Part shown: positions 33,531 through 44,078 of the stretch, in pieces
How positions within the stretch are numbered: the first letter of the stretch is position 1
How the letters are laid out: each line of letters begins with the position of its first letter
Origin: Macrostomum lignano
Taxonomy: Eukaryota
Direction of reading: 5' to 3'
DNA length: 46,520 bases
Assembly (NCBI GenBank): GCA_002269645.1
Contig: NIVC01004425.1
Span: forward strand, 1 to 46,520
Translations under genes and position numbers: made by a program
Notes under the pieces: generated by a model
What the model was told of the DNA's origin: nothing
The model's input: only the letters and a program-made list of their open reading frames with translations
The model's database searches: none

Positions 33531-36500
33531 CTGTTCACGGGATTGATTGGCGCTTGCTGTTAGTGACTGTTGCAATAATGGCATGAATTTAGGGTCAACT
33601 CCTGTTACTATCCGCCATTAAATCCGGATATAAGGGCGATTCCCATGGAATATAAGGGCGATTCCCATGGAATATAAGGGCGATTCCCATGGAATATAAG
33701 GGCGATTCCTATGGAATATAAGGGCGATTCCCATGGAATATAAGGGCGATTCCTATGGAATATAAGGGCGATTCCCATGGAATATAAGGGCGATTCGCAT
33801 GGAATATAAGGGCGATTCCCATGGAATATAAGGGCGATTCCCATGGAATATAAGGGCGATTCGCATGGAATATAAGGGCGATTCCCATGGAATATAAGGG
33901 CGATTCCCATGGAATATAAGGGCGATTCGCATGGAATATAAGGGCGATTCCCATGGAATATAAGGGCGATTCCCATGGAATATAAGGGCGATTCCTATGG
34001 AATATAAGGGCGATTCCTGTAGGAATATAAGGGAAATTCCCATGGGATGTAAGGGCGATTCCTGTAGGAATATAAGGGAAATTCCCATGGAATATAAAGG
34101 CGATTCCTGTAGGAATATAAGGGAGATTCCCATGGGATGTAAGGGCGATTCCCATGGGATATAAGGGCGATTCCCATGAAATATAAGGGTGATTCCTGTA
34201 GGGATATAAGGGCGAATTTCATGGGAAATAAGGGCCATTGTGGCAGGTTTCCATACGAACCCTTGAAGATAGCTAACAAGAGCTGTTTTTATTAACCTGC
34301 TCCTCGGAGTACACCACACCGCGACGACGGTTCAGCACGCCGTAGATGCCGCCGACGGCGTTCTCGGGGCACTGGATCTCACACAGATACACCGGCTCCA
34401 GCAGGGCCGGCTCAGCGGTCAGCACGGCGGCGTAGAAGCAGCGCCGAGCAGTCGGGATAATCTGGCCGCCGCCGCGATGGATAGCGTCGGTGTGCAGCGT
34501 TACGTCGCAGATGTCGAAGCGACAGCCGCGCATGTTTTCGTCGCACATGACGCCCTCCTTGGTGGCCCACTGAAATGCGGCCACAACGCTGTCCTTGATC
34601 TCGGCCAGGTACTGTACACCCTTGGTGACGTCGACAACCAGGTTAGCGCCGTTGGTGTCCGGGCCAAAGCACCAGATCTTGCGAGCCTCGGTCACGTCCC
34701 AGTTGTAGGTGTCGGCAAGGATGCGGCCGCGCTCTTTGGCGTCCTGCCTAGGCGCGATTTTGCCATCGTCGATGTCTTTGGAAAGATCCTCGTCTAGCGG
34801 ACGAGCCTTCATGTACAGCCGGTTGTGCTTGTTGGGCGACTTGGACAGCACCGTCTGCAGTGTAATATTGTAATTCAGTATCAACAACCGGATTGTGAAA
34901 TTGGCCAAATAGTACTCTATGCACTGTGCCTTTCTAGGTTACTGGTCTCTGATCTCATTGTCAGACGGTGAAGACAGGCTTCTAGTCTGAGGACTCTGGT
35001 GCTAGGGAAACTCCTATTGCTAATTAAAGGATAACACACCTGGGTCTGCTTGAGCAATTAACGTCGTTTTAAGGGCTAACCACAAAAGCACACTGAAGTG
35101 TACATGCCAAGCGATAATGGACAGTAATGCCTCTCGCCGGTTTGCCCGACAATGCCACTTAAAGTGCGCCAGGATGCACGCAGCCTCTCTGACTCTAGCA
35201 AAGTAAATAACAAACCTGGTTGCTCTCGTTGGTAACAGTCTCGCGGTACGACACCACGGGATCGCCAGTCTTAATGGGGATCTGGGCGTGATCCTCCTCC
35301 AGATCCTTCAGACAGATCTCCAGATGCAGCTCGCCGGCTCCAGCGATGATGTGCTCGCCAGACTCCTCATTGTAGATCTGCACCATGGGGTCGGACTTGG
35401 CCAGGCGCTTCAGACCCTCGACCAGCTTCGGCAGGTCGGACGGATTCTTGCAGTCAACGGCGACGCGAACGACAGGCGACACGCTGAACTTCATGACGCG
35501 CATGTTGTGCGCAGCGGCGTAGGTGGTGATGGTGCCGGTCTTCACCAGGAACTGGTCGACGCCAACCAGGCCGCAGATGTTGCCACACGGCACGTCCTCG
35601 ATAGGCTCGGTGTAGCGGCCCATCATGAGGATGGTGCGCTGGATGCTCTTCTCAAACAGGTCGTCTTTCTTGCCCGGCGCGAAGTTGGGGCCCATGATTC
35701 GCACCTTGGTGGCGCTCACAACTCCGGAGAACACCCGACCGAAGGCGTAGAATCGACCCTTGTCGGAGGTCGGCACCATCTTCGAGATGTACATCATGAG
35801 CGGCGCTTTCGGATCGCAGGTCTTGATGCCGATGGCGGCCTCGTCATCGTGGGGTCCCTCGTACAGCAGCTCCATGCGGTAGCGCTGGGAGGTCACGGGA
35901 GACGGCAGGTGGATGGCAATCATCTGCAGCAGAGTGTCGCCAGCTGGGAGCCACTTGCGCATCATCACTTTAAGCAGCTGTTTGCCGGTCAGCTCGCGCT
36001 CCTCAGCGTCCAGCTTGATGTTGAGCTTTTCGGCAAGCTTCAGGCCCTCCTCGATCGGCTGGTCCATCACAACGTCAAACATCTGTAGAATGAATCGGTG
36101 AATGTACAATCGATGGTACAGTATATAGCAAGGACAATGCTGAGAAATAAATGTGACAATAAAAACAAAAGTCTTCCACCTGCATCAGAGAACTGAATCC
36201 TCAATAAGATATTTTCAGCCTGGGGCAGTATAAGGTCATCATGTGCAGGTAAAAAATACTTTTTAGATGTTATAGATAAAAGCGCTGACTGGTTTACAGC
36301 TCTGGTCAGACAAACTGAATCATCAATTGCAGCATTTAATTGATTGCATTAGCCTGGGGCAGTATAAGGTCATCACGCATGAGCTGATAAACCAACACGC
36401 GACTAAAAAAACGCATCAATATCTTACCTGGTAGATTGGGTTCAGCACAAACTGGATGAAGCCGCGAACGCACTTGTCGCTCTCCTGAGTCTTCACCCAT

Positions 36501-37749
36501 TTCCTCGTCTCAGTGTTGTAGAAGTTGTCGCCCCACAGACGCTTCATCAGCTTCTCCGGCTCGATCTTGAACTTGGAGGCGTAGATCTCGGCGAACTGCT
36601 TCAGCGTGAAGGCCCAAGCGTGCAGGCCCGAGCCGAAGCCGACGGTGCCCTTCTCCGGCGACACGAAGATGTTGCCCATCGGGCCGCCCTCCTCGCCGAA
36701 CTGGGCGATGATCACGTTGATGTTCTCAACGACTCGCTGGAACTGCTGGTACAGATCCTCCTTGCCCTTCTTGAGCGTCAGCAGCGAGCAGTCCATCTTG
36801 TTCATGAACAGCACCGGCTTGATGCGCTCGGCGATGGCCTGCCGAAGCACCGTCTCCGTCTGCACGCACACGCCAGAGTTGCAGTCCACGACGACAAGGG
36901 CGCCGTCGGTGACGCGCAGAGCGGCGGTCACCTGTTCGTCATAATTAGGCAATAATAATAGCCGATTACTAAAACAATATTCTCTTCAAGACTACCGCAA
37001 AAAAAACAGAAAACTTCACCTGCATCAGAGAACTGAATCCTCAATAAAAATATTTTTCAGCCTGGGGCAGTATAAGGTCATCATGTGCAGGTAACAATAA
37101 TAATTAATAATTTTTCAGCTGGGTGAACTGAAGCAATGCAGAGTTAAGTGTCTTGCTCAAGGACACAAATTGTTTCCAGTGGAAACGGGAATCGAACCCC
37201 CGACCTTTAAGTCGTGAGTCCGACGCTTTGAACACTAGGCTACAACACCTATGTGCAGGTAATTGTGTTGAACTAAGAGTTCAAATAAGGTCATTTACTT
37301 GTACAAATTAGTCGAATAGTGGCTTTGTGTACAGGAGACTCTCCTCTATTTGTTGTCCAAAAGGTCACCTGACAACAACTTACCTCAGAGCTGAAGTCCA
37401 CGTGGCCAGGCGAGTCGATCAGGTTGATCAGAAAGCCGGACTCGTCCGTTCCATCGCTGCGCTTGGACACCTCCTGCAGGGTCTTGACAAACTTCACATC
37501 GGCCTCAGTCAGCTCGTAGTACATGCTAACAGCCGTAGACTTGATGGTAATGCAGCGCTCCTGCTCGTCCTTGCGCGTGTCGGTGAACCTGGTCTCGCCA
37601 GCTCTGGCCGAGGCGATAATGCCAGCCTTGGAGAGAAGAGAGTCGGTCAGGGTCGACTTGCCGTGGTCCACGTGAGCAATGACAGACATGTTGCGGATGT
37701 TCCGCTTGTTGTCCATCATGCCACGGATTTGATTAACAGTGAAGTTCAC
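33279..37749 (-). CDS. EEF2: Eukaryotic translation elongation factor 2, coding exons 2-6 (about 849 aa with the upstream ATG)
   Basis: Contains (M)[10 protein letters not shown]1 [28 protein letters not shown], the diphthamide loop [22 protein letters not shown] and C-terminal FLDKL*. Exons 37384-37749, 36428-36931, 35216-36082, 34297-34854 and 33279-33530 join in frame through GT..AG introns. Confidence 0.98.
33627..34235. repeat. 22-bp minisatellite, about 28 copies (TATAAGGGCGATTCCCATGGAA), in eEF2 intron 5
   Basis: Contiguous tandem units, homogeneous at low coordinates and degenerating above ~34000. Confidence 0.95.
34297..34854 (-). CDS. EEF2: eEF2 exon 5 ([13 protein letters not shown]...SEEQ, 186 codons; includes the diphthamide His)
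   Basis: Acceptor CTGCAG|ACG, donor CAG|GTTAAT. Confidence 0.96.
34922..35050 (-). ncRNA. Candidate box H/ACA snoRNA in eEF2 intron 4
   Basis: About 130 nt: hairpin, H box AGACTA (34983-34988), hairpin (GCCTgTCT/AGAaAGGC lower stem, TCTGA/TCAGA upper stem), then ACA plus 3 nt, ending ~67 nt before the 3' splice site. Pocket spacing is imperfect. Confidence 0.4.
35216..36082 (-). CDS. EEF2: eEF2 exon 4 (MFDVVM...ESNQ, 289 codons)
   Basis: Acceptor CTACAG|ATG, donor CAG|GTTTGT. Confidence 0.96.
36178..36250 (-). ncRNA. Box C/D snoRNA, paralogue A (eEF2 intron 3)
   Basis: ACCTGCAc-ATGATGA(C)-CCTTATACTGCCCCAGG-CTGA(D')-...-TTGAGGA(C')-TTCAGTTCT-CTGA(D)-TGCAGGT, with a 7-bp terminal stem. Confidence 0.85.
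36297..36386 (-). ncRNA. Box C/D snoRNA, paralogue B (eEF2 intron 3)
   Basis: CAGCTC stem-GTGATGA-CCTTATACTGCCCCAGG-CTAA(D')-...-TTGATGA(C')-...-CTGA-cca-GAGCTG. Same guide as paralogue A, different stem. Confidence 0.8.
36428..36931 (-). CDS. EEF2: eEF2 exon 3 ([10 protein letters not shown]...NPIYQ, 168 codons)
   Basis: Acceptor GAACAG|GTG, donor CAG|GTAAGA. Confidence 0.97.
37018..37092 (-). ncRNA. Box C/D snoRNA, paralogue C (eEF2 intron 2)
   Basis: Near-identical to paralogue A; its D box is ~90 nt upstream of the 3' splice site. Confidence 0.85.
37095..37250 (-). mobile_element. Truncated tRNA-derived SINE with a CORE-like segment, (ATT)n tail and 12-bp TSD
   Basis: A-box-like TAGCCTAGTGTT, B box GGTTCGATTCCC (37187-37198), TGTGTCCTTGAGCAAGACACTTAAC. 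Direct repeat ATGTGCAGGTAA at 37083-37094 and 37251-37262. Homologous to 46139-46446. Confidence 0.85.
37384..37749 (-). CDS. EEF2: eEF2 exon 2 (VNFTVN...DFSSE, 122 codons)
   Basis: Acceptor TTTTAG|GTG, donor GAG|GTAAGT. Confidence 0.97.
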
Positions 37750-37829
37750 CTAAAATATTTTAGTAAAGTGATGGGGCCATGTTAATTACCAAGAACCATA
37801 ATTTAAAGCGGTGCAAAATCATAGAGTTA

Positions 37830-37918
37830 TCATAATTTTGTCAGTCCATCTAGTAGCTGAAAGCCCACATGGTTTTTAGGGCAAGATTCAAAATTATCAT
37901 CATTAATGAGATTTATGA
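37830..37918 (-). ncRNA. Box C/D snoRNA with a 28S rRNA guide (3' end of eEF2 intron 1)
   Basis: C box ATGATGA (37897-37903), D box CTGA (37841-37844). The 14-nt antisense element at 37846-37859 is complementary to conserved LSU rRNA CCAUCUAGUAGCUG (recalled). External TCATAA/TTATGA stem; ~90 nt from the acceptor. Confidence 0.8.
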
Positions 37919-38748
37919 AACAGCATAAATAAAGAATTTCATTACAAACATTTTTAACAAACATCAAAAAAGTCAAAAAGTAAGTTGCACATCCAGTGTA
38001 AATTAGGGGGTTGCATGCTTCTAAATGAAATTTTCCTGAATACCTAGAAGCAGTTTCTTATTTTAATTCTTTCTTTAATCTTTATGTAGTAGTCTGGGGC
38101 TTTGCTTTTAAATTAAACAAGTGTAAGATGTAGCATTTTTAAATGGAATCATGCTGCATATTTTATGTGACCAAGTTAAGGTGTTCTATATAATTTAGTG
38201 AATATGCTACTATGCATTATTCCAGTTTATTAATTTTAATAACAATATAGCAATAAAAAACTAGTTTTTATGTCAAATGGTGCAATTGACTAGTTGACTA
38301 GCTTTTAATCTTTTATTGCATATGCTTTATTTCCAGTTTTAGTTTTGCCATTATTGTGGATAGCATCTGATATGGATTGCCCTTAATACTATGTGCAATC
38401 TAGTGCACTAGTGTGGGAAAAAGGTATCTGGTATAGTTTATACATTGGCTGCAAAAATGTGGCAGTGTTCTTTCATTTAATTTCATTAGTTTACTTACTA
38501 GATTTGCTATCTTTGTTTAATATTTGTGTCTTAAAATTTGATGAATATTTCTACACTTTCCTTGATAGGCATCTTATGAGGATCCTATATGTTTGTCTAA
38601 ATATTCTGCAACAAATTCAAAATGATCTTATACAAAAACAATATGATAGTTTGAATATTTTCCAAAAATAATCACCTAAACTATATATACACCTATTAAT
38701 ATTTTGACAATTGTAGATCTATACGAAACATAATCTTAACAAAATAGT

Positions 38749-39376
38749 TAGTGTTTTGCTGTAAGGAGGGTCCATGTACCATAGCTGTAGCCATAAGCAA
38801 AACTATGGCTTATTCCAATTCTCCATATTCCATAGCCATAGGGACCCCAATATTACCATATTCCAATAGTTCCCATAGCCATAGTTTTAACAAAAAGTCT
38901 AGAAAACAAAATATTTTGAATCAATAAGATAACCTAGTGCTTAAAAAACTGCAAATTAAGTTACAAAATAAAAGAAACACTTGATTGACTTTGTAAGATT
39001 ATATTTTATCTATTTTTCAGAGCGACAATACTAAATTGTTACTGAAAGTACTAATGCTGAACTTTTTCACATAAAAAAATAGAATTTGCTAGTGTTTGTT
39101 TGTACTTTATTAGGTATATTTTAAAAGTTTCAAAGTTGATAATACAGTTTACTAAAAGTATATTTGTTTTATTCTACCTGTTTCTAATATTTTTTTCAAT
39201 TTTTAAACAGTAACTATGGCTATGGCAATCTACAGAATCTGACAACAACTACCATATTTCCGTATTTGTAGCCATAAGAGCAGCTAGCTACTGTAGGCGT
39301 ATCTGTAGCTGCTGTAGGCACCTATTTTACCGTAATTGCCATAGGATCCCGTAGCTATGGCTACTGCGGAACACTA
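38749..39376. mobile_element. hAT-like MITE (628 bp)
   Basis: TIRs TAGTGTT.../...AACACTA, 8-bp TSD AAAATAGT / AAAATAAT (7/8 match), subterminal GCCATAG/CTATGGC repeats. Confidence 0.7.
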
Positions 39377-40102
39377 AAAATAATTGTCTATAAATATATT
39401 CTATAAAGTAATTTTGGTCTAGGATAGAATCTTTGCATGGCTAATTTAGAACTTAAAATTGTGTACTTTTTTAAAGAATGTTTATACATTAACATGTGCA
39501 AATATTTCTTATATTGCAATACTTAAAGACTTCTTAAAGTTGTAACAATAAAGGACCTTTTATGGTTTGTCATTTTGACAATAAAATATATTTTTGCCCA
39601 AAGCCAATTGCTTTTACATGCAATAAAATCTGTTTTACATGTTACAAGTGCCAGAGTTTAGATAGTTTATATATATGCCAGAAATTCCAACATACAAAAG
39701 ACCTGGAGTACACCATTGGCATACAACTTGGTGTACAAAAGGGCCTAATGTGCCTTTTTGGTATATAGCTTGGCATATAGAGATTGTTAAGATAGCACAT
39801 TGGACCAAGTTTGATTTGTCCCAACCAATCCCAGCATTGGTACAAGTGTAATATACAACCTTTTAAAATGAAATCATACTTCAAGTTTTTAGCAATGACT
39901 CAAGTGCACAAGTTTGTCTAATATGTATACACAAGTTTATCAAAAATATGCATGCAAGTTTTTTGCAATACATACAGAATGCATCTTGGATTTTGTACAA
40001 AAATTCTTTCTTTGCCTCCTATCACATAAAAAATTATCAACTCATATAACATAGTCTAGATCATGCAAGGTGCATACCTGAACAAAAATTGAATTATAAA
40101 TG

Positions 40103-42900
40103 CCTGCCTGGCTGTCGTAATCTGGTTTTCATCTGGCCTCGTCCGGTTTAACCCGTTTTAGGGGGGTGTTTTCGGACCAAAAAGATGTTGATCCGGTTTT
40201 GATCCAGTTTTTGTTTCTGGACCAAAAACTGGGCCAAAATCCGGAGTAAAGCCGGATGAAAGAGTTCTCTTTGTGACTCTTTTCATCCAGTTTTTGATCC
40301 GGTTGACTTGTCGATTAAACTCTAACAATCAGCCAGATTGAAAACCAGATGAAAACTGGAAGAAAGCATATCTTGGTCCGGAATTTTGTCCGGTTTTACA
40401 TCCTGTCCATTGACCCACCAAAAGCCAGATAAAGACCAATGCACAAAATGGAAGAAGTCCAGATGAAATACTGAGTTCGGAAAGGGGACTTGGATTTTTT
40501 ATGAGTAAGTAATTTGCAAGACTGCATTGAGTTGTTATTAGGTAAAGAAATATGTAATGAGTGACCAATGTGACCACTGCTGTGTTATTTGTGTTTTTCT
40601 GTGCTTTTTTAAAATAGCTGTGTTATTGTGTTTTTTAAGAAGTCATCTTTTTTCTGTGTTAAACTTAAATAAACAGCCCAATTTAGCTTTTTCTTGTGTT
40701 TTTATATTTTCTACTTGGGTGGAAAGGAACTGGCAATAGCAAGGAAGGCCACTAGCCTAGACAAATAGGGTAATACCGTCTCAATCTATCCCTACAATGT
40801 ATGATTGATGATGATATTGATTTAAAATGAAAATGTGCTGCTTGAATTAGCTGGAATGAATTAAAACAAGAATTTCTATTCAGACAATAAATAAGCATTG
40901 GCAAAATTGCTATAGTGAATGTTTTTCACTTTTTCTTCATTTAAGTAGCTACTGTGTTTTTTCTTTCTAGCTGGGTTATTTCTCACATTTTTGTTGCTGG
41001 TCACACTGAGTGACATAAATTGTGAAGTACTTGTAAGTATTGAATTATAGAGCTGTATCACTAAAGATGGTATAAAAGCCATACATTTTGTGGCAAAAGC
41101 CGTAGTAATTTTGTGCCATATGTTATCCTAATTTCAATTTAAATACACTGTTGTCTATGTTGCCTTTGGCCTATGTTTAATGGAATTTTCCAAAGTTTAT
41201 TGCTTATGCTTTGTGATTCAATAACTAATTATGTTTAGTTGTCTATAGTGTATCTTTCTTATCAGTCCAGCAATCAGATCAAAGACACAATAATGAAAAA
41301 GAAGGGAGTATATTATATTATCAGTTGAAGGAACAAAGACATGCTGAATATGCACGATGTACCTATTGCCTGCAATCTATACACCATGGTGGGTATTTTA
41401 GAACAGTAACTTTACTTAACATTACTAACGTGTACAATAATCACTGTTCTGCAGATAGGTAATATCAACCTTGGGTCTACATTTCTAGTTTTCTGTTGAC
41501 ATTTTGTTTCACTCCTAGTATGGAAAAATGTATATGTCGCTATTTTTTCTGTTGTCCCCAATTTTATAAGTGAGTTTTTTTTCTGCGCCTATTTCTTCGT
41601 GTAGCTGGAAGTTTTTCTTCTGTGAAATTTCTAGTTTTTCTGCCTAGTACTAATTTGTAGCCGCCTAAAAGATAGTGTGTCATCTCATTCTCCATTTCTC
41701 CTGATTTGTCCACCCAATATGAGGTTTTGCCATTCTATTTTTGACTCAAGCATGTCTTGTGTATTTGCATTTTTAGCGACATGCAACTTTAACAATTATC
41801 TTTGGTTTCATACATGCGCAACTTCCAAAATTTGGTCGGCTGTGCAACTTAGTTTTAACAAAAATGCGACATGGTTTTTTGGCCAAAAATGCGACTTACA
41901 TGTAAAAAAACCAACGCAACTTTGGGTTAACGGCAAGAGTAACTATGACTGTCTTATTAAAGAAAAATGCCTTGTCATCTACTTAGTACTACTTTTGTAT
42001 TTATTTGGGTGGGCATTTTTGCGACTTACATTGGTTGGCCGCCAAATCGGTCGGCCGACTATTGCGCATGTATGTTCGGTTTCAATATTCGGTACAAAAA
42101 AACCAATGCAACTTTGGGTTAACAGCAAGAGTAACTATGACTCTCTTATTAAGGAAAAATGCCTTGTCATCTACTTAGTACTACTTTTGTATTTATTCGG
42201 GTGGGCATTTTTGCGACTTACATTGGTTGGCCGCCAAATCGGTCAGCCGACTATTGCGCATGTATCTTCAGTTTCAATATATTCAGCTTCCACTACTCTA
42301 TCTAGCAAAGTGAATTAAAGGTTGGCCACCCTCTGTGCAAGTGCAATATACCTTGCTTTCTTTGAGGTGTTTCCAGCAATTTGTTTTCTTACATTTTCAA
42401 AAGATTTCGTCTTGTTGTCAACCTTACTTAGTTCTTTAACATGTTATCTGCTTTCCCATCCAGTAGACTTGTGCATACATTTGATCTGGAATTTTGTCCA
42501 GTTTCTCATCCGGTAGACATGTGCATACATTTGATCTGGCATTCATCCAGAATTTCATCCAGTTTCATCTGGTGGAGGTGTGCATACATTTGATCCGGCA
42601 TTCATCTGGAATTTTGTCCGGTTTCTCATCCGGTGGAGGCATGCATACATTTCGTCCAGATTTGCTCCACAATTTGCTCCGCCCTGTTCTCTGCAGCTTT
42701 CCAGATAGCTTCCTGGATGAATTTCCGGACTAATGTTGGTTGAACACCCAGATGAAAGGTCAAATATGCATGTTTTCATCTGGTTTGTAAACTTTTCATC
42801 TGGCTCTCATCCGGTTTTTAAATGAGACATTTGTATTACATACCAGATGAAATTCGGGATGTTGCTTTGGATGAAAACCAGATTATGACAGCCAGGCGGG
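40103..42900. mobile_element. Non-autonomous CMC/EnSpm-like TIR element (2.8 kb)
   Basis: 31-bp TIR CC(T/C)GCCTGGCTGTC(G/A)TAATCTGGTTTTCATC (29/31 match), TG on both flanks (2-bp TSD), many subterminal TTTCATCTGG/CCAGATGAAA/CATCCGG repeats, and no transposase ORF. Confidence 0.75.
41904..42285 (+). repeat. 192-bp tandem duplication inside the EnSpm-like element
   Basis: Two near-identical copies offset by 192 bp (41911 versus 42103). Confidence 0.9.
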
Positions 42901-43357
42901 TGCACACAAAAAATTTTGAGTATACACTCACACTCTTAAATTTATGCTTGAATTGCAACAATAAATGACCTTTTTTGGGTTGCGTGAAGAACACTTTTGG
43001 CTAATTATTTGGTTGATTTTTTTGCTTTTTCCCCTATATTATTTATAGCAAAAAATTGATATATGCAAATATTTGTTTAAATGCCTTAATACAAGCTTGA
43101 AAAAACTAGAAAGCTTAATATTTTTTACTTAAAATGATTTTTATTTTTTTTTCACTTATTCTTTTTTTACTAACTCTTTCACAAGATTCTATAAGTTGTA
43201 TGCCAGGTGTGCATGCATACTAATTTCTCAGGAGTGATGCACGCCAACTGTGCATGCCTACTTTTGGCATACCTACACTCAAGGTTACATGTACACCAGA
43301 ATTTTCCAACATACCATTGAAGAGTTTGGCATATTAGGGTACCACTTTGGGGCACCA

Positions 43358-44078
43358 CCCCTATTGGAATAAGTTTCAAAAACCTGCGGACATGCAACAT
43401 GGGTGCCAAAATTGTGCCTTCAAAAGCATGACGCGACACCAAATTTTGTTGACTAGGGGGGTGGCGATGCAACGTGCAACGCAACACTGACAACCGAATA
43501 ACCAGGGGGAGGGGGAGGACACCATAGCAGCCACGTTGCAATTGACAATTTCTGTTTTGCCATTCACTCCCAACACCAAGACCATGGAGTGAGAGACAAA
43601 AGTATTCCTTTCAATTTTGCAGAAAAAGAAATGAAATTTAAAAACAATAAACAGTAAAACAACAAAGGTACAACACTTAGAAAACAGTGCATGCATTGTA
43701 ACTAACAAGTAACATTTCTAAAAATTATATTTGAAGTATTAGTTACTTTACCGTCAAAATAAAAAAGAACAATTCAAGAACTAGTTATTATCAAACATGT
43801 TTAAAACATTTAAATACCAAGAAACAACCATAAACATATTACAATGAAACACAGTTTATGAGGTTTTGGCTACATATCTAGGCCGCAACGCGACACATGA
43901 TGCCAGACACCAAGTTGCCACACTGTTGCGTTGCATTGTGCAATGCATGACGACATCTGGTTTCCAATGTTGCGCACATGACACACCACTTGATACCACT
44001 GTTGCACAATGCGACACCAGGAGAATCCAAAATGTGACGGATGGTCATCCACATTTTGTCAACTTATTCCAATAGGGG
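43358..44078. mobile_element. MITE (721 bp) with an 18-bp perfect TIR and 5-bp TSD; superfamily unassigned
   Basis: CCCCTATTGGAATAAGTT (43358-43375) / AACTTATTCCAATAGGGG (44061-44078), CACCA on both flanks, internal GCGACAC/GCAAC repeats. Confidence 0.7.

Noticed and set aside
31429-34235. CRISPR-like appearance of the 43-bp and 22-bp repeats
   Set aside because: Contiguous tandem units with no unique spacers, no cas genes and a eukaryotic context.
33608-34319. Three overlapping minus-strand ORFs with a 22-aa period in intron 5
   Set aside because: The 22-bp unit happens to lack stops. Intron retention would terminate at [10 protein letters not shown] before reaching the repeat.
36224-36231. 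U4 snRNA (GGCAGUAU) as the target of the triplicated snoRNA guide
   Set aside because: Only ~8 nt are complementary and the match does not cover the D'+5 position.
34477-37785. Long plus-strand ORFs (106-266 aa) overlapping eEF2
   Set aside because: They are antisense shadows of GC3-biased eEF2 codons.
41677-42318. 213-aa ORF with an internal repeat
   Set aside because: AT-rich, non-ATG start, generated by the 192-bp (64-codon) tandem duplication, with no transposase motifs.
38773-43312. Closer ATG|GT candidates for eEF2 exon 1 (near 38780, 38857, 39255, 43308)
   Set aside because: Their donor or Kozak contexts are weaker and most lie inside transposon-derived sequence; not formally excluded without cDNA.
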